Counted from the stretch's first letter, positions 12,046-25,192 are shown. The stretch is DNA of 64,000 bases from Octopus sinensis (GCF_006345805.1 NC_043002.1:29574001-29638000), one strand, 5' to 3'. Notes: generated from the letters alone by a model not told the origin. Made by a program: numbers and translations.

Positions 12046-12280
12046 AAGGCGGCGTGCTGGAAGAATCGTTAGCACACTGGACGAAATGGTTAGGGGCAAT
12101 TCGCACAGTGCTATGTTCTGAGTTGAAATTCTGCCGAGATTGATGTATCCATTTACCCTTTCGAGATCGATAAATTAAGTACCAGTGAAACACTGCTGTC
12201 GATGTAATAAAGTTATCCACGCCCTCAAAATTTCAGGCTTTGCGCCTTTAGTAGAAAGGATTATTATTATTATTATTATT
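12046..12280 (+). mobile_element. Family A SINE with (ATT)n tail, full length
   Basis: AAGGCGGCGTGCTGG head through GTAGAAAGG(ATT)n. Confidence 0.85.
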
Positions 12281-12282
12281 AA

Positions 12283-12390
12283 TGTCGTTGGCACACTGGG
12301 AAAAACGCTTTGCGGCATTTCTTCCGTCCTTACGTTCTGAGTTCAAATTTCGGAGTCGACTTTCCCCTTCAACATTTTGGGGTCCACTAA
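12283..12390 (+). mobile_element. Family A SINE, partial
   Basis: GTTGGCACACTGGGAAAAACGCTTTGCGGCATTTC...TTCTGAGTTCAAATT matches the family A 5' half. Confidence 0.65.
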
Positions 12391-12660
12391 ATATCTTCTT
12401 CTTCTTCTTCATCTTCTCCTTCACCTCCCCCCTCCTCCTCCTTTTCCTTCTCCTCCTCCTTCTTCTCCTTTCCTTCTCCTTCTTCTTCTTCTATGTTTGG
12501 CTTTTGCTTTGTATTTGTGCAAGTTGACTTCATGTCACACCCAGAGACCTCAAGAGACAACAAGTTAAAAGTACAAGTTGGTGTTATGACTAGGGTGTCA
12601 TATATTTTGGTTTAGCATAGAGTATTGTTCTAGAGAATGTCTGTCCAAACATAAGTAAAT

Positions 12661-13606
12661 TGGAAGGCCCTCCACCAGGCGGGCAATGCGGTCGGTTACA
12701 GCTCCACTCTAGCGTTCTATAGAGGGTTAGTGGAGGAAAAATGCGACGACGTTCTCGGGGAAACTCTAGGCGTTGAAGACGACGAACTGAGCGGTCTGTT
12801 CGGGAGGACTTTCGGGCCGGGGCCGATGGATAATTTCCAGAGTCTCTCGCCTGGCAGTGCTACCGAGGGCTCTGCCTGTCGAGATAAACTCTACCGGCAC
12901 GGAAGTGCCGTCAGCCGGGCCTGCCCGAGGTGTTGCCAGGACGACGAAACCGTTCTGCACGCACTCGTCCAGGCCCGAGTATTGCTGAAATATGGGTTTA
13001 TGTCGAACAGCTACTGTCACGTGTAGGACGGATCCGACTATCGGCCGAATCCATAGTGAAGATTGCCCCGCCGACCTCCTTTAACAAGGAGGCGAGGCCG
13101 TTTTCTTGTGCCTTGTGGCTGTGGCGAAAGAAGTCGTGTGGTGGACTCGTTTGAAAGGCTAAAGTCAGAACTTTCCTCTTTGGTCAAGGCCTCATCAACT
13201 TTTCAAGTTTCACTTGAAAAGGAAGATGAGGTTAGAGAGGAAAGTGCTGTCCGATAGCAAGTTTTGAAAGGTGGGTGAATTGTGCGAGACTGGCCTGTAT
13301 AAAGGGACCAGTTCTCAGGTTCGCCTGTAATTTCAAAGAAAAAGGTATGTAAAAGGAGAAGAAAGGGGACTCTCTACACCCCCGTTTTTTGACCAGGCTC
13401 CCGTTGGCTTTTGTAGGTTTTTTCCACCAGGAACCTTTCGAGACGTCTCCCTTTTGGGAGTTTTTCATTGTTGAATTTTATAAGTTGTTATAAAGATTTT
13501 TACTCGATGTTTTTAAAAAAAAACGGCAAAACCCTTTGTAACCTTTCGTCCTGTCTTGTCCTTTATGTAATCATGCGTGTCAGCCCTTGTGGCCAATAAA
13601 AAAGAA
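12661..13606 (+). mobile_element. Tx1/L1-clade non-LTR retrotransposon 3' fragment (zf-RVT-type C-terminus and 3' UTR)
   Basis: Frame-corrected reading SLAWQCYRG(A)LPVRDKLYRHG...CPRC...ETVLHALVQ(C)PSIAEIW; GC-rich against the background; T-rich 3' UTR ending AATAAAAAAG. Confidence 0.75.
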
Positions 13607-13609
13607 TTG

Positions 13610-13667
<58 letters not shown>

Positions 13668-13708
13668 TACAAAAAAGGATTCACGTAACTCTTCACGAAG
13701 GTAAACAG

Positions 13709-13873
13709 TCAAGGCGAAGAGCGCGATCCGATTGTAAGACATTTTATTAGTTGAACGATATTTCAACAGAAGACTTTGTCTTCTTATTTTGAACTTGACA
13801 AAGACAGACGTACTTTTGAAATATCGTTCAACAAATATAATATCTTACAATCGAATCGCGCACTTCGTCTTGA
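13709..13873. repeat. Imperfect hairpin, arms of about 73 bp, about 85% identity, 18-nt loop
   Basis: TCAAGGCGAAGAGCGCGATCCGATTGTAAGA... pairs with ...TCTTACAATCGAATCGCGCACTTCGTCTTGA. Confidence 0.9.
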
Positions 13874-14221
13874 TCATCATCATCATCATCATCATCATCA
13901 TTTTTAAACGTTATTTTATTGACCTATATTATTTAAAGCATTTGCAATGTTTTATATTTCCAGGCTTAAAGAGATTTGTGTTTTATATACGCTTTTGACA
14001 AGATTGCTTCCATGCAAAAATTTCTCTTTTTATAATGATTGACCTATTTCTTTCTTTTTTTATTTTTTGACCTCCTTCCAACTTGTCCAAATCAGCTAAG
14101 CTAAAAAGGGCTTAATCCGATTTTTATGCAATTTCTGTAAAAATTTTTTAGCAATCTTTAATTATTGTAATCGATAAAAAAATTCTATGTAAATTGGATT
14201 ATCAAATTTATTTATTTATTT

Positions 14222-14369
14222 AAATTCCGCCTTTGCCTCTCATACTCGACTTTGCCTCTCATACTTTCGGAGTCCATAAATTCCTTACCATTTACGCACT
14301 AGAATCGATGTAATCGACTAGTGCGGTCTCCCAAATTTCAGGCCTCTCACCGCCAGTAGACGGGAATAT

Positions 14370-14406
<37 letters not shown>
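14222..14406 (+). mobile_element. Family A SINE 3' part with internal 19-bp duplication and (ACT)n tail
   Basis: AAATTCCGC...CTTTGCCTCTCATACT twice ...CAAATTTCAGGCC...(ACT)n. Confidence 0.55.
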
Positions 14407-14407
<1 letters not shown>

Positions 14408-14747
14408 GCAGAAGTACTTGCATAGTGAGTACGTCCCTACATATCACAGAACCATTTGTACACATTAGGCGTGTATAATTACCTCATGCATAGCATGCAT
14501 GTAAATTTTACCCATAGTACACTGCATTATAATACAGTGCGGTTGTATACTGCCATACCGTAGTAACAAGGCACAAATTCTCCATATGCAAGAATGTCTA
14601 ATCATCACTCTATTTATGATTTCAAGATATGCGTTACATATATATATATATTCATACACAGAGAAACACACACACGCACACATACTTGCATACATGCAAA
14701 CATATATATGTACACATATATACATATACATACATGCATATATGTAT

Positions 14748-14796
<49 letters not shown>

Positions 14797-14873
14797 CACA
14801 CACATATATAATATATGTGTATACAACTATATAATGTATGTATATGCGTGTGTGCGTGAGTGTGTATATATAC

Positions 14874-14904
<31 letters not shown>

Positions 14905-16082
14905 AAGAGAGAGAGAGAGAGAGAGATACACATATATATATATATATTCATTGAGAGGGCTATACATTTACAGAGCGAGAGAGTGGGGCGTGGTTATAAA
15001 GTATCATAGAACCAAGGTCAGTCTCAGATACTTTGCTATCAAAATGGTTAAATCTAATGTGCGAGTCCCGTGAGTTTCCAGCGCATCTCCCTCACCATCC
15101 TCCTGAGCAACGCCTTTTCAGTTTTGTCTGCTGGGACCGTGAGGCAGTCTGCATTATAGGAAATCGAGAGAATGTCAGAATTTTCTTGCTTGCTACAGGA
15201 ACAACAAACTCATACAACCCTTTCGTGATTATTTTAAAAAGAAATATGTGATTTATTTATCTCTCAGCATTGGTTGCAGAAGAGAAAATAGCGAAGTAGA
15301 GCGTTCAGCAGACTGCTCAAGATCGCCTTTGGTTTTACGATACAAACTTCTTGTTTGAAACCGGTAGTTCTCAACCAAATTCATATGACCCTTAAGGATC
15401 CATATGACATTTTGATTTATATAAGATTTTGCTGTTAAAATTTATGTTCAATAAATTAGTTTTACTTCTAGAATACACAAAATATTTTATCATTTTTTAA
15501 ATATAAATCGTAATAATCTTTAATTATGAAAATATTATAGGACTTTTGAAACATCGAATAAAGGGCCATAAGTGTAATAGGAATCAGCGGTTTCATAGGC
15601 AAAAATTGGTAGAGCGTCACAGCTTTAAGATTATATTAAAACCCTCCATTAAAATTTCCCGTTAATTTATGTTCCACAAACCAAATTTATGATTAATATG
15701 TGTCTTCCACGCTAAGATCGTTTATTTTACTAAATTCTTCCTTATTTTCATTATTAATCGCAACAAAGGCAATGTATTTCAGCTGTGGTATATTCATGAA
15801 ATAGTCCCTGGCTCAATGATATAAGCTTTTGGTTTAAAAGTGAACTAAATTTAAACCTTGTATAACTGACCATTATAATCTTTGGAATAAGTAAACACCA
15901 ACTGCAAAACTTTACTCTGATAGATGATTTTTTTGTGAAAGATATATTTCTTCCACTGATTCTTTGGAGTTTTATTGAGACTACATACGGCAACACCCAA
16001 TATCTGGTCCCTACGTCATTCTACGTAAGGCCACATGTAGGATTTTAAGTTAAGTTACCTTCTCGTGTCATATCTACTCATA

Positions 16083-16299
16083 AGAGTCGGTTTCCCGGTT
16101 TCGTGGCGTATGCATTCTCAACCAGGACGAGACGCCGGTTCGTCGCAGAATTACTCATTTTTGACACTGAGTGGACAGGAGCAAAGTGAAATGAAGCGTT
16201 TTGCTCAAGAACACAAAGTGTCGCTCGGTCCAGGAATCGAAACTACAATCTTACGATTACGCATCTAATAGCCTAATCACTAAACCGCATACCTTCACA
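16083..16299 (-). mobile_element. Family C tRNA-derived SINE
   Basis: Homologous along its length to 51463-51706 (GTGAAATGAAGCGTTTTGCTCAAGAACACAA). Confidence 0.8.
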
Positions 16300-17029
16300 A
16301 CACCTTGTAGGATTCCGTCAGGCAAACAAGTGGTTGCATTTGATTCACTGGATATCACCTTAGTGGGAGTCTTATACTATCTGCTAAAACATTTCCCAGC
16401 ATATATTTCCGATTCTGCATAATCTATACATATAATGGTACAACAACACTGAAATACTCCGAGAAGCAACAACAAGAAGTCGAGGTAGGACGTGGTTAGT
16501 AGCTTTATAAAGTTTCTTGTATCGAAAAAACAGCGCAATGTCAACATTTTTTTCAGAATTTAGCCAACCAGAAAGAACGAAAGGTTGCAGATGACCTGTT
16601 CCAATGTTTTAAACAATTGTTGATTATGAAATGTTTAAAACAAGACATTATGAAACATAATAAGAGCAAGGGTAATCAGTCATATATAAGTCTATATGTG
16701 TATACGCGCTGTGCATGTGAGTGCGCGCGTGAGATTGTATGTGTGTGTGCGTGTGTGTTTCAGCGTGTCTATAAACATACACACACAGACACTCACATAT
16801 ACATATGGAGATGAATGCATATATTCCTACGTACATGCATCCATTGATACAATTAATACTATAGAAAGAAAAATCTCGTGTTCTCCATCTCTCCTTATCT
16901 AGTTCTGTTTGTATGGTTATGTCGCTCCGTACTCCACCATTCACGACATTCTCTTTCGCTTCGTAGGTAAGCATAATTATAATGAATAAGCAAAAATCTA
17001 CCTCACAAAAATGTATTAAGAAATCAAAT

Positions 17030-17990
17030 ATTATGCCATCTATCTATCTATCTATCTATCTGTCTCTAACTATCTACGTATTCTTCTACATATATAGATA
17101 AATAGATTGATTGCCAGATATATATATATATATAGAAAGATAGATAGGTGGCAACTAAGTGCACATGAACACCAGTTGCAAATTGACACGAACAGAAATA
17201 TAAATGTGTGTATATGTACGACCATATATATATATATATATATATGTAAGTATAAATATGTATATATATGTATATAGATGCGTATGTATATATATATACA
17301 TGTATAAATATATATATATATATGTATATATATACATGTATAAATATATATATATATGTATATATATATACATGTATAAATATATATATACATATATACA
17401 TACACATGTATAAGTGTATATATACATATATACATATATACATATACATATATACATATACATGTATAAATATATATATATATACATATACACATATAAA
17501 TATATATATACATATATACATATACAAATATATATATACATATATACATAAATATATATATATATATATGTATATATATTTATATATATCGTATATGTTT
17601 ATAGGCGTGGAAATATATACGTGTTTGCAAAGACGCGCGCGCGCACTCACGCACACAAACACACACTCATACACACACACACACACCACGCCACGCACAG
17701 AAGCGCGCATGCACATACATTCACTATCATACATGTGTATGTGATCCGTGTGCACATACATATGAATATGAGCTTTTGCCTGTATCCATATTCATACACT
17801 TAGACATACATATATGTGTATATAATTGTGCATACATACACACGCACATATATATATATATATGCATGCGTAGAAATATTCATATATGTGTATATAAATA
17901 TATGTATATATCCATATACTTATGTGTATACACACACACATACACACGCATACACATATGTATATATATGTATGTATATATGATATAGAC
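17030..17990. repeat. Large compound microsatellite/minisatellite field ((TCTA)n, TA-rich ATACATGTATAA units, (CA)n)
   Basis: Direct reading of the sequence. Confidence 0.9.
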
Positions 17991-18591
17991 GAGGAGCACC
18001 GAATGACTGAGGACCACACGTAATTTTTGTATATGTTAATGTTCATCATGTAAAAAGCTTGGCTGATAACCAAACAGATAAGAATTATTTGGAATTTCCG
18101 AAAGACAAAACATGTTTAAATAACGTACAAACGTATGAAGGAAACGTTGAAATGTTGACGTCACACGCATATATTGCTTTGAATCCACACACATACAAAC
18201 ACGCACCCATATACATATACACACACACGCTAACAGACTCACTGAGAAGCCCAGGTAAAAGCATACGCTCATATTTACACACCATCTATTTGAACCTAAT
18301 ATACTTTTATCACTTGTTTTTGTTTTGAAGCCTCATATATAAACATTTCTAGATGTAGGAATACATACACATATACATATATATATATATCCGGCTGTGT
18401 GTGTGTGGGTATATGTATATATGTATGTTTGTATGTATGTACGTATGTATGTATGTACGTATGTAAGAATGCATATATATATATATTTATATATATGTAC
18501 ATATACAAACATAGTTGTATATGTATGTATATATTTATATATATTCTTTTATTCTTTTATTTCTTTTAGTCAGTAGACTGCGGCCATACAG

Positions 18592-19336
18592 TATAAAATA
18601 AGACGATGTAATAAGAGCTATAAATGAAATGAACCGAACTCAGTTACTGGCACTAATGGATTCCGAGCAATCCCTTAAAAAGCATGTAAGCGAGTCCTAG
18701 CAAGACCACTGCTGTCCCTCTTCCAGAGCTTCCTTGCAACTGGCAAATTTCCAAGCAAGCTCAAGGACGGTAAAATATGCTCTATGCATAAAGGAAGTAG
18801 CAGAACAGAGGTCAAAAACTATAGACCTATCTCTCTAACCTCGCACTTCGGCAAATCATGGAACGAATTGTCAAAAAGAAACTAATCACCTTCCTTGAGA
18901 AATGTGATTTGCTGACTGACACCCAACATGGTTTCGAACCAGGAAGAAGCTGCATGACTCAGTTTTTACTACACTATGACCGGGTGTTGAAACAGTTGCT
19001 CAACCACTCAAATTTGGATGTGATATATCTCAACTTTGCAAAGGCCTTCGATAAGCTCGATTATGGAATGATATGTCACAAACTACGTGATCTTGGCATA
19101 GTCGGGAAATTGGGAGAATGGCTGCATGCCTTTCTGAAAGATAGAAGTCAGGTAGTAGTAGCCAATGGGGACACCTCCATTGACACACGAATAGTGAGTG
19201 GTGTTCCGCAAGCCAATGTTTTAGGACCACTACTGTTCATAATAGTCCTGTCAGAATGTCGCCATCACAAGTTATGCAGATGATACAAATGTCTCACAGT
19301 AGATACAGAACCCTGAAGACGCTATACACCTGCAAT
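18592..19336 (+). mobile_element. CR1/Jockey-group LINE reverse transcriptase remnant
   Basis: NYRPISLTSH...QHGFEPGRSCMTQ...DVIYLNFAKAFDKLD...SGVPQANVLGPLLF...YADD after a frameshift; multiple lesions. Confidence 0.88.
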
Positions 19337-19344
19337 GTAGGTAT

Positions 19345-19960
19345 ACAGAGGTGCTAAAATGAAGTTAGATAGCCTTATAAGTAATGAAACCAGTGGTACG
19401 CACCCTTGATATGGAATGAAAGACTGGAATAGAGTACAAAGAGTTTGTAACAAAGCAAACAAGGTGAACAAGTGGTACAAGACCCGGCAAATATGGAGTG
19501 ATATTTCTAGAGGCCACAGCCCATGGAGAACTATCCCGTGGAATTGAGTAAGCTCTGAAGGAGGCTAAACTCAACGTTAAGATCGTTGAAAAGACAGGGA
19601 GCTCCATCAGATCACAACTATTTAGGACGCACCTCGTTTGAGAATACCACATGCACCATTGATAACTGCAAGGTATGTAAGATTAACCCTGGTATTAACT
19701 GTAAAACTTAAAATGTAGTCTACAGCATAAGGCGCATAGAGAATGATTTTAAAGACAACAACATACTTTGATGAGACATCTAAAAGCATTGCGGAGAGGT
19801 TAAGTGACCATTTGAAACAATATGACGGCAAAAAATTCCTCCATATTCTACCAACAGGCCAAAGACCAGCATGGAGGCACCCTGGGTCAACTTGATATCC
19901 GCATTGTATCCAAGCACCCGGAGGGCTCAACATTCAAACAAGTGGGGCCTCATCCCCAGT
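19345..19960 (+). mobile_element. Penelope-like element C-terminal remnant (linker, Cys motif, GIY-YIG endonuclease)
   Basis: VIFLEATAHGEL...KIVEKTGSSIRSQL...CTIDNCKVC...CKT*NVVYSI...YFDETSKSIAERLSDH...QHGG fits the decayed Penelope GIY-YIG layout. Confidence 0.72.
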
Positions 19961-21072
19961 ACTATATAGCAAATATACATAGGTGTCATACTCCAAAACC
20001 CACAGTTTATATCGTCATACAAACTCATACACAGGCACACATACATGCACATTCAAGGAGACAGAGACACGCACACAAATACACAGATACATACAGACCA
20101 ACATACACACACACAAACACACAAAGATAATAGCAAACAGGCACAAACACACAAACATGGATATGCAGAAAGCATACATACATACGAACGTGCACACATG
20201 CATATATACACATATATACGGAGTACATGCATACATACAAACATGCACACATAAATACATGCATACACACGCATACATACATACATGCATACATACATAC
20301 ATACATACATATGTGTACGTGCAGGCACACTGACGCACACGCATGCGCACAAATAGACAAACAAACAAGCAACAAAAGAAGAAAAAAGAACGCAGTTCCG
20401 ATAACGGACAGAGTCAACGACTATTGAAAAGGTTGCAAGACGGAAAGAACATTGTAGTAAAAATAAATGACTCCCCCTAGACACAATAAAATATGCTTCA
20501 ACACAGGAATTCACATAAAGAATCTTGCAAACCAAATACCAAAACGTGTATATATATATATACACACCCTCATAAACTTAACAGTTTAAAAGGGTTTTAT
20601 ATGTGCAATCGCTTGTGGATGTATAAGTGTGTGTTTTAATAAGTTACCAAGAAAATGGCTACTGACAATGACTTTTACACTCCTTTTCCGAAGAGGATGC
20701 GATAATATGGTGGTGTAAGCGATACTCCGTGGGTATGGAGAACTAAACCTGATAAATATTATTCACGCTAGATGTTCAATGAGGAATTAACCGGTAGTAG
20801 GCTTTGTCTTATATTGAATTTCCCTTTATTCTATCATTCTATTACTATTATATAATTACAACTGTCTCGCATTTTAATTTGAATTTCCGTATTTTATATA
20901 TACCATTATCTACATCTAACCTATTGAATTTATATATTCAACCGGCTTTCGAGGCATTTAGCGATCAGCTACTGCGCCTATCAGAATGCTGGTATATTAA
21001 TGGAACTCGTTTTCAAATGAAAAGCTTTATGTTGCTGATCTCTCATTTCTTTTACAGTATCTGTTGTCCATT

Positions 21073-21131
<59 letters not shown>

Positions 21132-21255
21132 CCTTTCTACTATAGGCACAAGGCCTGAAATTTGGCGGGAGGGGAATAGCCTATTACATTGACCCCAGTG
21201 TTTCACTGGTACTTAATTTATCGTCCCTAAAAGGATGAAACGCAAAGTCGACTTT
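21132..21255 (-). mobile_element. Family A SINE 3' half; its tail is the (AAT)n at 21073-21131
   Basis: Reverse complement ends ...GGCCTTGTGCCTATAGTAGAAAGG(ATT)n. Confidence 0.8.
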
Positions 21256-21261
21256 TGAAAA

Positions 21262-21362
21262 TTTCAGGGTCGGTAAATTAAGTACCAGTGAAACGCTGTG
21301 GTCGATGTAATTGATTAGTCCCCCTCCCTCAAATTTTAGGCCTTGTGCGTATTGTAGAAAAG
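21262..21362 (+). mobile_element. Family A SINE 3' half
   Basis: GGTCGGTAAATTAAGTACCAGTGAAAC...GGCCTTGTGCGTATTGTAGAAAAG. Confidence 0.8.
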
Positions 21363-21425
<63 letters not shown>

Positions 21426-21427
21426 TA

Positions 21428-21463
<36 letters not shown>

Positions 21464-21557
21464 TAGTTTTATTTTTATAGCGTGCTTTCACTTCACTACC
21501 GAGCGCAGCTCTGTGTGCCTTGGGTATGTGCTGTGATTTGTTGTGATGCTCTGATGG

Positions 21558-22310
21558 CTATTGTATGGAAAGTGTTCTGCGTAGGATGTGTGCAGTGCCT
21601 AGTAGTGCAATTTTCTGTATGTTATATGTGTTTGTAAGTCCTGGTGTTTTTGTTATGTATTTGTCTGAATATTTTTTTATCATGCCTAATGCACCTACTA
21701 TGATAGGAATTGTTTCTGTTTTCAGGTTCCACATTCTAGTTACCTCTATCTCCAGGTCTTTGTATTTTGAGAGTTTCTCCACTTCTTTTAGGGACACGTT
21801 GTCATCTGCCGGTATTGATACATCAATTAGAAAGCATTTTTTTTCTTCACGATCTCTGACAACTATATCTGGTCTGTTGGCCTTAATTTCTCTATCTGTG
21901 TGTATCGGCATATCCCAGAGTATGGTTGCTTTCTTGTTTTCTGTGACCTTTTCTGGTGTGTGCCTATACCATTTTCTGTTGTTATTCCATAATGTTGGCA
22001 TAGCTTCCAATGTATGTAGGTTCCAACTCTGTCATGTCTGTGAACATATTCCTTCTTAGCCAGGACTGGGCAGCTAGAGATAATATGATTTATTGTTTCT
22101 TGTCCATCTCCACATATTCTGCAGTTACTTGTAATATTTCTTTTCGTTACATGTTTTTGGTAATTTCTGGTGGGGAGGCTTTGGTCTTGTGCTGCAATTA
22201 AAAATCCCTGTTTTTCTGCTTTGAGTCCTGAGCTTCTCAACCATTGCTGGGATTTTTCTTTGTCTATTTCTTTTGCGTTTAGTTTAGTGCAGTATTTACC
22301 ATGAAGGGGT
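21558..22310 (-). pseudogene. R4/Dong CCHC finger and restriction-like endonuclease
   Basis: CRICGDGQETINHIISSC, RHD, NRPDIVV...LIDVSIP...EKLSKYKDL, PIIVGALG. Confidence 0.95.
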
Positions 22311-22529
22311 TTTTTCTTGCCATCGTTTTATCATGGCTCGTTGCTGTTCTATTTTTAGTTTGGATTTCATTTGTTTTATAGCTTTTGTTGTTTCTTCATC
22401 ATCTTCTTCTTCTTTGTGTTTATTAGGTGGTATGATTTCTTGTTTGTATTTGTCAGCTTCCTTAAATACTGAGAACAGTTTTTTGTTTTGCTCGTGTTTT
22501 GCTGCTATCTGGATCAGTTTTCCTTCCTT

Positions 22530-23850
22530 CTAAAGTAGGTATTTTTGCAGTCCTATGGTGGTTATTTTATAGTAGTTTTCCAGCTTTATAAGGCCTCTAC
22601 CACCTTCTATACGTTGTATATATAGTCTTTCTATGTCAGATTTTGGGTGATGCATCCTAGATCCTGTCAGTATTTTTCTTGTTTTCCTATCTATTTTGGA
22701 CAGTTCATTTCGTGTCCAGTTAAGGATATTGTAGCTGTAACTTATAACTGGGACAGCTAAAGTGTTGATACCTATTATCTTGTTTTTAGCATTGAGCTCT
22801 GTTTTTAGTATTGATCTAACTCGTCTATAATATTCTTTTTTTATTTTCTCTTTCATTTGTGTGTGTTGTGTCTTATCTAGTCATAGATTCCTAAGTATTT
22901 GTAAGTTTGGCTTTGGTCTAATTCTTTTAATTCATTGGTTTTATCTAGTGTGATGTTGTTACTCTTAACTAGTTTTCCTCTTTTCATGGTTACTTTGGCG
23001 CATTTTTCTAATCCAAATTTCATATCTATTTCTTTGGTAAATCCATGAACTGTCTTTAATAGTGTTTCCAGCTGTTTGTCATTTGCAGCGTATAGTTTTA
23101 GGTCATCCATATATAAAAGGTGGCTGATCGTTTTGCCGTAACATTTATATCCGCATCCAGTTCTATTTAGCATATCAGATAGAGGTGACAGTGCCAACCA
23201 GAAAAGGAGTGGAGAGAGCGTGTCTCCCTGGAATATTCCTCTTCTAATGGGGATGTCTTTGGTTTTCATGAGTCCCTCTTTTGTTTGGAGGTGTAGGACT
23301 GTTTGCCATTTATTCATAGAGTGCTCTATGAATTTTATGATTGTTGGTGCTACTTTGTTAATGGCTAGTGTTTCGAGGATCCATGTGTGGGGAATGCTAT
23401 CAAACGCCTTTTTGTAGTCAATCCAGGCCATACTGAGGCCTTTCTTCTTTCTGTGGCTGTCTTCAGTTACGGCTTTATTAATCATTAGTTGATCTTTACA
23501 GCCATATGAGCCCTTGCAGCATCCTTTCTGCTCTTCTGGGAACAGTTTGTTTTCGTCCAGGTGCTTGTTCAGCCTTTGCGATATCACTGCAGTAAATGCC
23601 TTGAACATAGTAGGGAGGCAGGTTATTGGTCTGTAGTTTTCTGGTTTTGTTGTTTCGTTTGATTTGGGAATTAAGATGGTTTTCCCCTTCGTGAGCCATT
23701 CAGGCATTGTCTCTGGCTCTGCTAGTATGCTGTTAAAGTTTTCAGCCAGCTTTTTGTGCATTCCTGTTAGATATTTCAACCAGAAGTTGGGGATCTTGTC
23801 ATGCCCAGGTGCCTTCCAGTTGCTTAGTTTTTGCAGTGCCTGGGTGACCT
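22530..23850 (-). pseudogene. R4/Dong reverse transcriptase domain
   Basis: WKAPGHD, NYRPITCLPT, EQKG, AWIDYKKAFDSIPH, GIFQGDTLSPLLF, LLYMDDLKLY, FGLEKCA, YKYLG, LYIQRIEGGRGL. Confidence 0.97.
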
Positions 23851-24382
23851 CTTCAGTTGTTATGGGGGTCCAAAGTTTTCAGATGCCGAGTTTGTTATCT
23901 TCATACTCCTTTTTTTTGGCTGTTCGTTCGCCGACCATATTTCTTTCCAGAATTCTTCCAATTCTTCTGCCGTTGGTGCTGCAGTGACTTCTATTTTATT
24001 TTTGCCCAGTTCTTGGTAGAACTTTTTGGGGTCGGAGTTGAACTTTTTGTTCTGTTCAAAGAAGCGTTGGCGTTTCTCGTACCGGCGGATCCTTTGAGCT
24101 TTGGCAAGGATATCTTGCTTCAGCTTTTCTTTTATCTCCGGCAAATCTTTTTCTGTGATGTTATATTTGCGGAGCATTTTTGTTCTCTTTTTGTTGCTCA
24201 GTAGCGTTGCTTGTTTGCTGATTTCATTAAGAATCGACAGGTCTTTTCTAATTTTTTTATTTTGTTTTGGATGTTATTTATCCACAGGGTTTGTTTGGGT
24301 GGTGGTACTCCTGTTTGGGCGGGTTTGGGTGAGTATCCAGCTTCTTTTGTGGCTGCAGTGGCTGCTGCGTATATCAGGTCAT

Positions 24383-25192
24383 TTAGTTCAGTGATATCAC
24401 TTTTTTTGTTTCAGTGGCTAGTTCAGTGACGGCTAGGTTTATGTTGTTTATAATTGGCGTTGTTATTGCGTTTATTTTTATTCTTGGGAGGTATGGTCGG
24501 TGGTCCATTTTGAGCTCTGTGGTTTTTAGTTCTTTGATTATTTTATTTTTTATATTATCATAATCATTAGGCTCCCCTTCGTTGTTTACATCGTGTTTGT
24601 TGGGAATGTTGCGTTTGTCTTCGTGTTTTACAGTTTCAGTGTTTATATTATTGGGCATTGTTGTGTGGCTTCTATCTACATTTTCCTGGTGTATTTTTTC
24701 TTTTAAATGTTCTATTTCTATTTCTGATATTTTTTTGGCTTTGAGAATGTATCTTCGTACGTTAGCTAATTTATTAGGGTTCATTGCTGTATCCAAGTCT
24801 ATATCTCTATTATTTTCCTTCCATATTTTATATGTATGTGTTGTTGTATTTTCATTTTGTGGGTAGAGCATTGCTGTGAAGTATGCGTGTAAGATCGAAA
24901 TGTATTCCTCACGTGTCCATTTACGTCTTTTGGGTTTTAATTGCGGGACATGAGGTACAACGTCCGGCCCATTATTTTGACGGTCGTCATTTTCGTAGGG
25001 TACCGGTCCGTTTATTTCTGTTGTCACATTATTTCGCACGTGTAGTTTTTCGTACATTTTTTGTTGTAGGTTTAATGTACGTACCGCTCGATTGTTATTC
25101 TTGGGTTGAATAGTATCGGTGGCATTTAATTTCTTCGTAGTTCCTTTGTACATGGTGTTTGAGGTCGGGGATGATCGTGTTGTTCCACGCAT
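24383..25192 (-). pseudogene. R4/Dong ORF N-terminal region
   Basis: RRKWTREEYISILHAYF...NPNKLANVRRYILK motif typical of R4-clade N-termini; continues after an A-run frameshift as DITELNDLIYAAA. Confidence 0.8.

Noticed and set aside
12490-12660. Possible 3' UTR of another RLE-LINE on minus (GAGGTCTCTGGGTG motif)
   Set aside because: No coding part or second copy in the window to support it.
14984-15001. GGGGCGTGGTTATAAA, a GC-box next to a TATA-like motif
   Set aside because: No downstream gene or other promoter evidence; short motifs are expected by chance.
15361-15622. Possible hAT-type MITE
   Set aside because: Terminal match too degenerate and no 8-bp TSD seen.
16557-16670. Open exon-like stretch NLANQKERKVADDLFQC
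   Set aside because: Weak donor and no recognisable homology.
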